A stretch of DNA of 64,000 nucleotides from Cyanophora paradoxa CCMP329. Its lineage: Eukaryota; Plantae; Glaucophyta. Position numbers and translations under genes: made by a program. Below the pieces are notes generated by a model that did no database searches, was not told where the DNA came from, and saw nothing but the letters and a program-made list of their open reading frames with translations. The stretch lies in the NCBI GenBank assembly GCA_004431415.1, contig QPMI01000411.1:248001-312000 (forward strand), in the 5' to 3' direction. Position 1 is the first letter of the stretch; each line of letters begins with the position of its first letter. Of this stretch, positions 1-11,100 are shown piece after piece.

Positions 1-273
1 AATATTAATGAGCCTCGGACGGAGCCGCGCGCGGTGCCACGTGCACGGGGGGCCGCTGGGTATATATACGTACGCGCACGCGTACGGCCGCGGTGCACGG
101 ACTTGCAGTGCATGCGTGCCACGGTGCACTGCATGCGCAGCTGCCGCCAGTGCGTGGCAATCGACAATATTACTAGTACTACGGTAATGGTACTAATGGC
201 AGCTCCGAGGCTCCGATATCGATATGATAACATAAACGTCTGCTGTAACGATGTAACTGCGCTACACATCCCC

Positions 274-328
274 ATAGGCGCCGGCTGACAACTGCGTAGC
301 TATATATAGGCGCCGGCTGACAACTGCG
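274..328. repeat. Two copies of a 23-bp direct repeat (ATAGGCGCCGGCTGACAACTGCG), period 32 bp
   Basis: Identical copies at 274-296 and 306-328, separated by a short TA-rich spacer. Confidence 0.85.
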
Positions 329-495
329 AGGCGAATACGCAGCATATGAGGCGATTATACGATGCATTATAACTGCATTATATAAATACGACGTCGATAT
401 CGATGGCCCAGAATGATGGGCCAACTCTTGAGCATACAGCCGTTAGTTATGCCGATGGGCCGCCTCTCCCTGCAGCCGATCTTCCAGGGCGAGAG

Positions 496-1822
496 CTAAT
501 CGATCTCGTTCGACATGACGATCTGTATTCCCGCCTGCGCGAGCGCGAGCGCTCACCCGGCGCCGGAGAGAGGGGCGTACCCCGGAGGGACGAACCTTCT
601 CCCACTTGGCCTTCTCCAGGGCGATTGTGTCGAGGCCGATCCCCCGGCACGCGTCCTCCACCACGAACCTGCGCCCCAAACGGGAGGGATGCAGATGAGC
701 CCCCCGACGAGGCCGTCGCCCCGGCTCGGCGCGGGGCGCGGGGCGCGGCGCACGTGCGGAAGCCGGCGCTGACGGAGTCGAGGGCGCTGTAGCTCACGCA
801 GTAGTCCGTCGCCAGGCCGCACACGAACACCTCCGTCACCTGCCGCCCCCGGCCGAGGCCGCCGTCACCGGACGCGGCGGAGGGCGCCTCGGATTCGGCC
901 GGGCGCCTCTGTGGCGCACCCCGCTGGCTCGGAGCAGGCTCGCAAGGTTCGTCTGCTTGCCCCGGTTGTTGTCTGTGCGGGGTACGGAGTCAGACGGGGG
1001 AAGGGGGGGTGGTGGGGGGGCGGGGGGCGTACCCCAGAAGGCGGAGTACGAGTCAATTGTGGGATCGGTGCCCTTGTGAATGATGACGTCCCCGTATGTC
1101 TGCAGGGGGGTGGGAGTGGGGGGTACGTGAGCGATGGAGCGGGCGGCCGTTGCCGACTGCAGGGCTTGAGATCGCGCGGCAGACCCGAGGGGGGGCGAGG
1201 TCCGGGTGGAATTCCGATCCTCTTGTATTCTGAATGCAGTGATCCGGCCACATGACTTGCGTGTACGTCGAGCCCGTCGGCGTTGGCAGCTGCGGCAGGC
1301 GCACGCGCGGCGGTCAGCCAGCCCGGCCGGCGCGGCTGGCCCCGCACGGAGCCCGAGCGCGGCGGCGCGGCGACCTCCTTCGTGGAGAAAGGCGCCTGGC
1401 CGTGCGTGGAGGCGAAGCTAATATGACCGGCTGGGTGCCAGTCTTTCGTGAACCTGTTTGGGTGCGGTCAGATCGACTGCGCGGCCGGCGGGCTCGAGCT
1501 GCCGGAGACTGATCCACGCACACGATCGCGTCCCATTTTATTCTGCTCCTCAGCTCGTTGACGACCGGGACGATATCTTGCCCGTGCGGCACGGCCTGCG
1601 GACGAGTTCAGGGGCCGGGCGAAACCACACACGAGGGCGAGGGGGCTGACAAGATTGCCCCCGTCGCAGAAATCGTTCTGCGCGATACAATTCCGGTATT
1701 ACAATGAGCTCGTATGCGATCAGCCCGACCGCACGCGTGCAGAGCGATCGGCACGCCGGCACCTGAACATCAACACAGAGCAAAGCCCGTTTTGTTCGCT
1801 TCGGGACGGCCTGTGTAGGCAT
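496..1822 (-). CDS. Nicotinamidase/pyrazinamidase (isochorismatase superfamily, PncA/Pnc1-like), multi-exon
   Basis: Spliced exons give ALLCVDVQ-NDFCDGG, DWHPAGHISFAS, WPDHCIQNTRGSEFHPDL, IIHKGTDPTIDSYSAF, VFVCGLATDYCVSYSALD and VVEDACRGI, so the Asp-Lys-Cys triad and metal-binding D/H/H residues are present. Stop TAG at 496-498; an upstream in-frame ATG at 1933 is an alternative start. Confidence 0.93.
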
Positions 1823-2390
1823 CGACGAAGAACGCGGCACTCCTCGTTGAGCAGGCGCATGCGCCGGCTGTGCGACCTGTGCGGGAAGCGGGCCGCTTGG
1901 CCGCCGCTGGTGTGCAGGCTCCGGCGGGCTCATAATGCTGACGCTCCTAACTGAAAGTGTGCTTTACACGCCAGTGCCGTCTCGTGAGGGAGGGATCGAG
2001 CAATGCGGAGGCTCCCCAGGCGACACGTACGTTTACCTGGTCGGTCGGTAGGCCTGGTGCTGTGTTGTATGCGCTAGATAAGTTCTTTTCAATGCACGGC
2101 TCGCGGCCGCTGGAGGCTCGGGACGTGGTTCGGAGCTCGTCCAGATCACCCTGTACCCGGCTGCCGACTTCATCGGATCGCCGATCGGACCTGCTCGTCG
2201 CTCCCACCGGTCCTCTGAGAAGGTGTGCCTTTCAGCTACTCACTCCGCGCCGGGCCGTCATCCGGCCACCGCTTCGCCACCGCGTGCACTCGTACTAGTC
2301 TTCTAGCTTTAGAGTAGTAGCTCTAGACTACACCATATACGCCGCGTCTCGCTGTGCCCAGCGCGAGAAGCGTTAGAACCGCTCCTCGCG

Positions 2391-2460
2391 GCCGCTGAGC
2401 TCCGGCCGCTGAGCTCCGGCCGCTGAGCACCAGCCGCTTAGCTCCGGCCGCTTAGCTATC
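2391..2460. repeat. Tandem 14-bp repeat x5, GCCGCT(G/T)AGCTCCG, in a divergent intergenic region
   Basis: Units start at 2391, 2405, 2419, 2433 and 2447 and degenerate rightwards. Confidence 0.9.
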
Positions 2461-2550
2461 ACTTAGCTGTCAGTTGTATCGACTTTCCATGCATGTAGCT
2501 CGCGCCGCGAGGGCTAGCACTCATTTTTTGCCCGCGCAGGTGGCGCAGCA

Positions 2551-3929
2551 ATGCCGCCCAGTACCGTCGCCGGTCCAAGCCACTCAGCGGCCACCAAATC
2601 CCACTGGAGAAATCAACCGGCTTTTGGCTTCGGCAGCGCCCCGCGCTTCGGGAAGAGCAGCGGCAGCGAGACGCAGGCTGGACCTGGGGCGTACGATGTC
2701 GCGCCGCCGCACTCGGGCAACTCGTACCGCCGTCGCGTGCCGTCTTTCTCCTTCGGCGGCCGTCCCACGCACGGCGGCACGTTCCAGAGTGAGCAGCCGC
2801 GAGGCGCGGCGCGGCGCCCCGGTAGGGCCGGTCCCTGCTGACGCTCTGCCGCCAGTCACAGACTCGCCCGGGCCCCAGGCGTACACGCCGCGGGTTGAGA
2901 GCACGAAGCCGACGCCCCGCGGTGCAGTAGTGACCGGCCGCGTGCCCGGCTTGCCTGTTCCGGACGTCCCCGGGTCCGCGCCTCGCGAGCCCCCCCGCAG
3001 GCTCGCCCCTCACGCCCTCCAGCAGGCCCGGCACGTATCAGGCCGAGGGCCCGAAGAGCGCGCGCGGGGGCGCCATTGTGGGGCAGCAGCCGCGCTTCCA
3101 GGCGCGCGGGGCCCCTTTCGCCCCGGCCCGCCCCGCCCCGGCTGAGCCGTACCCCCCGCAGCCGCCGTTGATCAAGGAGAGCGTCCGGCAGTCGGAGTAC
3201 GTCACGATGGCCCCGGGTGCGCGGTCACGAGGGGAGGGGAGGGGGGTACGTCGAGGGCGCCTTAGCCCCGGGCCCGCGCAGGCATCCATCTGGCCACGCC
3301 CGGGCCCAAGTACGACCTGCCGAGGTACCCCCCTCCCTCTTGCACCGCCGTACCCCTGTCCGGCGCGAGCGCCGGTGCGGCAGCACGTTCGACAAGGAGG
3401 GGAGGGGCGGGTACACGATCGCGCACAAGGCGCCGCTGCCGCCGGGGGACCACGAGCGCAACCCGGGCCCCGCCGACTACGCGCCCCGGCCCCACGACTC
3501 GTCCCGCCGCTGGAGGTGCCCCCGCCTCCCTCTCCGCCCTCCGTGTCCGCGCCTGAGGGCCCTGCAGCATGACGAAAGAGCCGCGGGGCGCCATCTACAA
3601 GGTCCCCGAGACGCCGGGTGCGCCCCGGGCGGCTCGAGGGCCGGGCCGCGCCGCCTCTGACGGGGCGCCGCAGGCCCCGGGGCGTACGAGGCGCCCAAGG
3701 CCATCGGCGCCCCCGCCGACGTCATCTCCCCCCGGCGCGGGGGTACGCTTCCCCGGCGATTTCCCAGCGCTGGCCGTACCCCCCTTCTGACGCCGGCGCA
3801 GTCTCGCGGGTCAACTCGCAGACCCTCTCGGCGCAGGCGCCCTCGAGAACGCGCACCCCGGAGGCCGGCGGGCGCCCCGGCGCCGCTGCCGGGGACGCCG
3901 AGGCGGCCCCGTCCGCCCCGCAGGAGTAG
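2551..3929 (+). CDS. SHIPPO/STPG (PGP-repeat) ciliary protein, ODF3/CIMAP-like, multi-exon
   Basis: Repeated PGPxxY motifs (AGPGAYD, SPGPQAYTP, TPGPKYD, NPGPADYAP, TPG-PGAYE) alternate with PAFGFG, PSFSFG and GYTI motifs. Start and last exon are approximate. Confidence 0.8.
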
Positions 3930-4148
3930 AATTGGCCCCGCCCCCTTCCCGCCGGCGCCCGCGGCGGCGTCACGCGCTCGGGGAGCCTTGAATTTGAGTT
4001 TTGCGCCCCCCCCCTTCCCCCGCCCCCCCGCTGGATCGCTCTCGCTTCGTGTAAATTTAAATTCTTTGGGGACACGCTCCCGCATCGCGTGGTACCGGTA
4101 CCGTGGTACCGGTTTGTACTTGCGCTTGAGCAGGGGCGGGGGGCGGGG

Positions 4149-7100
4149 TCAGAGGTGGCGGGGGGCGGGGAGGGCGGCGTTGGCGGCGACGAGGCCGGCG
4201 GCGTCCCCGAAGGCGATGAGCGTGAAGTCCAGGAAGCTCCGCGCCCCCGCCTGCCCGCTCTCAGAGGAGGGCGAGGCCGAGGCGCCGGCGCCCGCCGCCC
4301 CCCGAGCGCCCCGGCTCGGCTCCTTCGAGCCCTAGAGCGCCACGGTGCGCTCTCTGAGGGCAGCTGGGCGGGGGGCTCCCAGGCGCGCCGCGGGGCGCCC
4401 GAGGGGTCCCCTCTAGATCCCAGCTCTCGGGGCCCAGTGGGGCGGGGGGCGCGCACGTCGGCGCTGCCCTCGAGGGCCTGCTGGAGGGCGCGGAGACCGA
4501 AGCTGCCGGGCACCAGCACGCACTGCGCCAGCAGCACTGGCACCATCGACGGCCGCCGGCTGCGCCCCCGGGGGATGCCCACGTCAGAGGGGGCGGAGGA
4601 GGGGGTTGAGCGGGGGGCCCTAGGGGCCGGGGCGGGGGGCGGGCCTGCGGCGGGCGTAGAAGTTGCCGGCGAGGCCCATGGCGAAGGCGGCGATGCAGGA
4701 GGCGACGGGCAGCGGCGCCACGAGCCGCAGCGCCTTCACCAGGCACGCCACCTGCGCGTGCCCCCGCGGCTCGCAAGGGGCCCCGGGGCGGCCCCGGGGC
4801 GCAGGGGGGGGGGGGGGGGGGGGGGGGGGCGCGCGCCTCGCAGATGGCGAGGTTGATGGCCCAGTCCTCCCGCCTCGACTGCGAGGGGTGCAGGCATCAG
4901 GGGCTAGAGTGAGCGCCGGGGCGGGGCGGGGGTGCGGGGCGGGGCCCGGGGCGCGCATTGAAGAAGACGCCGCAGGTGACGGAGAGGCCGGCCGCCGCCG
5001 CTGCCGCAAAGGCGAGCCTGCCGGCCAGGCCCGGGAGGGGGGAGGGGCGTGCCTAAGCGAGGCCCGGGGCTCCCGTGGAGCCCCCCGGGGCCGACCCCGC
5101 CCCCTCGCACCTGGGGGCCACCCCGTAGCACGCCACGCACCTGCGGAAGAGCAGCAGAAGTGAGGCGGGGTTCCGGGGGCGCAGGTGCACGGGTACACGA
5201 GCGCTGAGCAAGCGCACAGGGAGGTGGGCTCCTGCGTGCGAACGAGGGCGGCCTCGTACCCACGCCCCGTCGCCAGCTCCCTGCCGAGGGGGTTACCTTT
5301 TAATTTCATGATCTGCGGCTGCCTCACAACATCTGAGTCAGATATGCGCGTGCGCACACGAGCCACGCCGCCACAATGAAGCCGAAGGTCATCTGAGGCG
5401 GAAGGAGAGCCAGACTCAGGCGGGGCATACACGAAAGAAAGTGCGTGGGTTTACCTGCACGAGGGCGAGCAGGGACGCCAGCAGTCTCATCGACCCGACC
5501 TTTGATGAGGAAACGCGTAAGAGGGGATGCCGGGGTGGGGGGGGGAGCCTCGGGGGGGGGAGATTGAGGGGGTAGGCTACCTGGAGCTTTCGCATGGCGA
5601 GCTCGAGGTTCGCGACCGTGAAGCTGATGCCTGGGGAGGGCGTTGGGGGGGGGGGGGGGGGCGGGGGGGGGTTCGGAAGGCGGAGGAGGGTACCCGGGAG
5701 GAAGAGGGCGACGCCGGCGGTGACGGAGAGGGTAGGGTTCATGCTGCGGGGGCGCTCAGATCCGGAGGGAGATTCTCAGGTGAGACACTGAATACAGCAG
5801 GCGGCCCCGCACCTCGGGAAGGCGAGCGTCAGGAGGCCCGCCACTATCACCGCGAAGAACGCTGCCGGGGGTACACGCGTCACGCGCGGTCGACGGGGTA
5901 CGCGGGCGCGGGCGCACAGGCGAGGGCAGCGGCGAAGCGGCCGGCGGTGGGGTACCGCCTCCCGAGCGCCGCGCAGCAGCCCGAGGCGACCCCCACGCAC
6001 AGCGCCGCCACCGCGTCCACGAACTGGCCTGCCCGGGATTCGATCCGGAGGACGGAAAGAAAAGCGCAACGGGGGTACCCTCCATGAGGACGGCGTAGAG
6101 GGCCCCGGAGGCGGCGTACGAGGCGACCAGCGTCCCCGCGCGTACCCCCTTCTCCGGCCTCCGCAGCTCCCGGATCTAGCAGAGCGCTCATCCGGAGAAG
6201 CGGGAATAAGGGGAGAGGGGAGGGGGGAGGAGGGGGGGGGGAGGGGGGGGAAACCTGTCCGAGGGCCGCGCTGGGAGTACACTGGCCCGCAAGGACCGAC
6301 TCGGTGATGCAGTGGAGCCTGCGGCGAAAGGGATGAGGCCCACGGGCGGCGGGGGGGGGAGGGGGGGGGGGGGCTGGAGGGTAAGGCGCCTGTGGATCTT
6401 GGAGAGGTTGTATGTCGAGTTGTACTGCAAAGAAAGCGTCAAAACGCGGGAGCACGGGGCCGGCGGGGGGTACAGGGCGGACCTTGAAACAGAGGGTAGG
6501 GAAGCGGGGGGCGGGGCTGTGAGTGTTCGCCTCGCTGCGGGGCGCGGATGCGCCGGTTCAGCCCTGGCAGGTCCGGGGGGTACGGCGCCGCAGAGGGCGG
6601 CTCGGCGTGCCTCGAGGCGATGATTAGATAGGTGGGGAGGATCTGCGGGCGGGGCACGTGCACGGGCGTCTGAGGGCCCGGGGAAGGGGTGCGGAGGTGG
6701 ATTGCGGGTGCGCACGATCCATCCGATCCGGAGGGCGAATCGGTCGGCGACGGACTGCGGCGAAGCGGAGTCAGCAACGCCGATTTGGGAGGGGTACAGG
6801 AATCGGGAGCGCCTCCAGGAAACCGTCCTGGGAAGGGGTAAGACGTCGGCGCTTTTGCCGAAGCCAGGGCCGCAGGCGCGAGCGGGGCGCACGAGGCGGT
6901 AGGTGGGGACCCCGTTGCGGGCGAGGCACTGCACTCGCGTGCGAGCGAGGCGCTGGCTCAGCCGAAGCGGGCGGGGGGGGGGGGGGGGGGGCGGGGCGGG
7001 CTCGCCTGGGCGAGCTCAGCGAAGAGCTCCAGGAGCAGGGCGGGGTCCGCCGCCTCCCCCGCCTCCGCCGGCACCAGCGGCACCTGCCCCGCCCACCGCG

Positions 7101-7682
7101 CGGCCGCCTCAGCCGTCGCCTGTGGCGCGAGACCGACGCGGCCGTGCGCACAGCGTCGGCCTGGGGCGCGTGATGGGCGCCGCCGGCCATGCGCCTGAGC
7201 CCGGAGGAGCGGGCCGGGGCGAGCGGGGCGGCGGGGGCGGGGCGTGGGGGCGGGGAGCGGCTGGGGAGGTCCTCCTCGTCGGCCTCGCGCGTGCCGGACT
7301 CCAGCGCGAGCTGCACGTCGGAGAGCACGCGCGCCCGCTCCGCGGGGCCCGAGCTCGAGGCGCCCGAGTAGCCGCTTAGCTCCCACTCGACGCCGGCCGC
7401 CAGCGCCGCCAGCGCCGCCCCCGCCGAGCCCGGCGGCAGCCTCCGCGGGTGGCCCTTGCTGTCGGACGCGTGGGCCGGAGCTGGTCCGCCTCCGCCCGCG
7501 TTGGACAGGGCGCGGATGAGCGCAGCGCCGGCTGCGAGGGGCATGGCCGACTCCATGTCGTCGAGCTCGTGCACGCGCGGCGATAACGATTGTTCCGCGC
7601 CCGCGCCCGCGCCCGCGCCCGCAGCCGCGCGCGCCGAGGCGGCGCGTGACGCGCCAGTCGTGCCCTCCTTGGCAGCGCGCAT
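4149..7682 (-). CDS. ThrE/Prm10-family (threonine/serine exporter-like) multi-pass membrane protein
   Basis: Exons give CLARNGVPTYRL, ILPTYLIIAS, YNLSKIH, ALFLPG-ISFTVANLELAMRKL-VGSMRLLASLL, VLVPGSFGL and FTLIAFGDAAGLVAAN, matching ThrE/ThrE_2 motifs. Stop TGA at 4149-4151. The start is uncertain (7682 or a downstream ATG near 7557), and several internal junctions are unresolved or apparently frameshifted. Confidence 0.75.
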
Positions 7683-8105
7683 CGCTGCCGAGAGCCTTCT
7701 AACCGCGTATCACGCGCGCGAGGAGCTCGAGCTCGATCGCATACGTATACGTTTGCTACCGGACCGGTACGGCAGTTAGTCGGCAGGGGGGGGAGAAGGG
7801 GAACGGGCTCTCAAGTTCCTCAGTTCGCATGAGAAGACATCCGACGGTTGCTGGCCCAGTGGGCGCCGCGGCCGGGCGGCAGGACACGTTTAGAGGTGCA
7901 GCGCACATGCAGCCTGGAGGAGGATGCCTCAGTGCGATCGCGATGCGCGCCCCTCCACATGATAGGCGCGAAGCGAAGCAGACGGGCCGGCGTCGATCGC
8001 GCGACGTCCGGGCTGTCGGCAGCCACGTATTTGTCCCAGTGTACAGCGCTGCCAAAAAGTATGTCTCCATTAAACATGGTGCCTGATCTAGATATCTTCC
8101 TAAAG

Positions 8106-8117
8106 TTACAGATTACA
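8106..8117 (-). terminator. Tandem TGTAA, putative polyadenylation signals of protein A gene
   Basis: TTACA at 8106-8110 and 8113-8117, 34-45 nt beyond the stop codon, in sense orientation. Confidence 0.45.
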
Positions 8118-8150
8118 GAGCAATGAAGGCGGCCTGGACTAGTGGCGGCC

Positions 8151-11100
8151 TCATATGTATCCCGGGGAGGTGGGCCCGGAGAGGTAGTACTCCTTCTGGT
8201 AGGTGGTCGTCGTCGTCTGCTGCGTCGGCGTGGAGTAGTACCCGCTGCCGGCCGCGAGCAGCGGGGTGGGGGAGCCGACGGGGACGGGGGAGCCCGGGAG
8301 GATGTACTGCGCCTGGGCGGGCGTGCCGGGGAGGGCGAGCTGGAGCTGGTGCTGGGAGAGGGTCGTGGCGGCCGTGTTGGGGGTGAGGACGCCCATGCCG
8401 GCCGCGTTGCCGTACGTCACCTCCTGCGAGATCGGCACCGCCGTATAGGAGACGCCGTACCCGACCGTCGGGGGCGGGCCCACGGGCTGGAACGCCTCCA
8501 CCTGCGTCCGCTCGTAGATGTACCTGCGCGCGGCGGCGTCAGAGAAGCCTGGACTGGACGACGCAAGCAGAGAGGGGCGCACTCGTCCTTCCTGCGGCGG
8601 CGGGAGACGCCGAGGCAGAGGCACCAGAGGCAGCAGAGGAGGAGGAGGGCGCCCACGACGACGGGGACGACGATGGCGGCGATGAGGGCGCCCCCGCTGA
8701 GGCCCCCGCCCTCGTCCCTCCGCAGCACCGGCGCCGGCGTCGGCGTCGGCACCTCCACGATGACCACCGAGCGGACGGCGGCGCCGTTGGAGGTCAGCTG
8801 GGCGGTGCCGGCGGTGCCGACGGGTATGACGGCCTGCCGGCGCGAGAGGTCCAGCATGTTCGCGTAGATCTGGTTGGAGGGCATGGAGGTGTCCCCGGCG
8901 ACCGTGACGGGCAGCACGGTGGCCACGATGACGAGCTGGCCCGTGCCGAAGGTCGTGGCCGTGGGGATGAGGGCCGAGCCCGGCACGGCGGCGTTGACGG
9001 CGGCCTGGCGGAGGCCGCGCTGGCGGCGGAGGGCGAGGTCCCAGGAGCCGGCGCAGGGCGAGCCGGAGACGCCCGTGCCGAAGGCGCAGCGGAGGTAGAC
9101 GACGCGCATGCGGGCGACGGTGGCGTTGAGGGCGGCGGCGACCTGCCCCACGACGCTCCGCAGGCGCGCCACGTCGAAGACCTCGAAGCAGCCGACCGAG
9201 TTGAGGCGGATGTCCACCGTGAAGCTCTCCGAGGCCGTGATGTTCGGGAGGGCGCCCAGGAAGGTCGAGGGCGCCGCCGCCGCCGTCATGCCGGCCAGCA
9301 CGACGGGCACCGTCGGCGACTGGACGGAGCACCAGAGGCCGACGTCGGCGGGGGCGATGTACGTGCGGGCGTTCGAGGGGGAGCCGCGCCCGGGGCCCAG
9401 CGACGCGTACACCGCGTGCACCCGCACGATGTACGCCGTGTTGGGCGCCGTCGAGCTGAAGTTCGCGAGGAAGAAGCTGCGGCGCGGGGCGCACGGCGAT
9501 GAGAGGCGGGGCGAGAGCGGGCGAGCGAGCGGCGCGGCGCGGCGCGGCGGGGCGGGCGCACCCGTTGGGCGTGATGTCGGCGAGGGCGACGGGGTACGCG
9601 ACCTCGGCGGCGGCCTGGCTAGGGAAGTGGGTGGCGTTGTCGCCGGCGGGGTTCGCCAGCGCGGCCGGCGTCGCGACGACGACGTAGGAGGTCGGGCTCA
9701 GGTTCCAGGGCTGCCAGACGCCGGCCGGCTGGAAGATGGCCGTCGCCGACTGCGCCGTGATGGGCGTCGTGACGTCGACGAGGACGGGCGCCGGCGTGGC
9801 GGGCTTGGCGAAGGCCACGTAGGGCCCCGCCGTGCACCCGAAGGCGTTGCACGCCGTCACGCGCGCCGCGTACGTCGTGCCCGGCGCCACGCGCGCCACG
9901 TCGAGCGTGACCGGCAGCGTCGGCGGGCTCGGCGCCGCCGTTGGCGTCGTGATCGACGGGCCGGTGGGCCGGAGCGCGGCGTTCGGGTTGCTGCCCGGCT
10001 CGATGGGCGTCAGCTCGAGCGTGTAGTTGAGGATGGGGGCCGTGGGCGCCGAGGACGAGGCGTTCCACTGGCCGCGCGCCGTCTGCGGGCCGACGTCCGT
10101 GACGGACGGGGAAACGACGTTGCCGGGCGGGCGGCCGGCGAGCTGCGCGTAGGCGGGGTCCGACGAGTAGGTCTGCGTGGCCGTGACGGCCTGCACGGTG
10201 ACCGAGAGGCGCGTGGCGAGCGGCAGGCCCGTGAAGGTGAAGTTGGCGGCCGTCGCCGGCAGGTTCGTCGCCGTCTGCAGCACGTTGCCCGACTGGTCCC
10301 GGATCGTCACCGTGTAGCCCGTCACGGGCCCCGCCGTGCTGCCCGGCGCCACCGCCCAGCGCGCCGTCACCGACGCGCTCGGGTCGTCCGCGCTCACCGT
10401 GACGGTCACGGGGGTCACTGGGTCGGGCGAAGGGGAGGGCGACGGGGTTGCAGAAGGGGAGGGCGAAGGGGACGGGGAGGGCGACGGCGACGGGGAGGGC
10501 GAGGGGGTGGGAGAGGGGGTAGGGGAAGGGGAGGGCGAAGGGGTGGGCGTCACTGCACCGATCAGTCAACAGCAAACGGCGGCGGGCGGGAGCAAGCGCG
10601 AACCGGGGAGGGTGACGGCGTTGGAGACGCCCGGCGGCGACTGGAGGCCGGCTTGCGTCAGAGTGGAGACGCGGCCTGCGGGCGCCCGAGGTCAGGCAAG
10701 GCGCGGGGCGGCGCGGGGCGGCGCGGGGCGGAGGAGGCGGACCGGTGTAGGTGCCGCCGGGCTGGAGGGAGGTGACCGAGGCGTTGACGGCGGGGTACGC
10801 GTTCTGGTTGGCGGCGGCGAAGGTGCAGACGGCGGCGCTGCAGAGGAAGGGGAAGGAGCGGGTGCCGTCGCCGGCGTTGAGGCCGGCGGTGTTGGTCCCC
10901 GAGGCCGGGCCCGTGATGGTCACGTTGTAGTTCGTGACGGGCGAGCCGCCGTTCCACGCGGGGGCCGCCCACGAGACCTGCAGCGTCCCCGAGTCCACCG
11001 CCACGGCCACCACGCCCGTCGGCGAGAGCGGCGTCACCGCCGGCACCGCCAGCGTCGCCGCCGTCCCGTTGGCCGCCCCCACGCCGTTGGTCGCCTGCGG

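Noticed and set aside
274-2460. Short direct repeats as a possible CRISPR array
   Set aside because: Only two copies, or tandem units without unique spacers; no cas genes; eukaryotic context.
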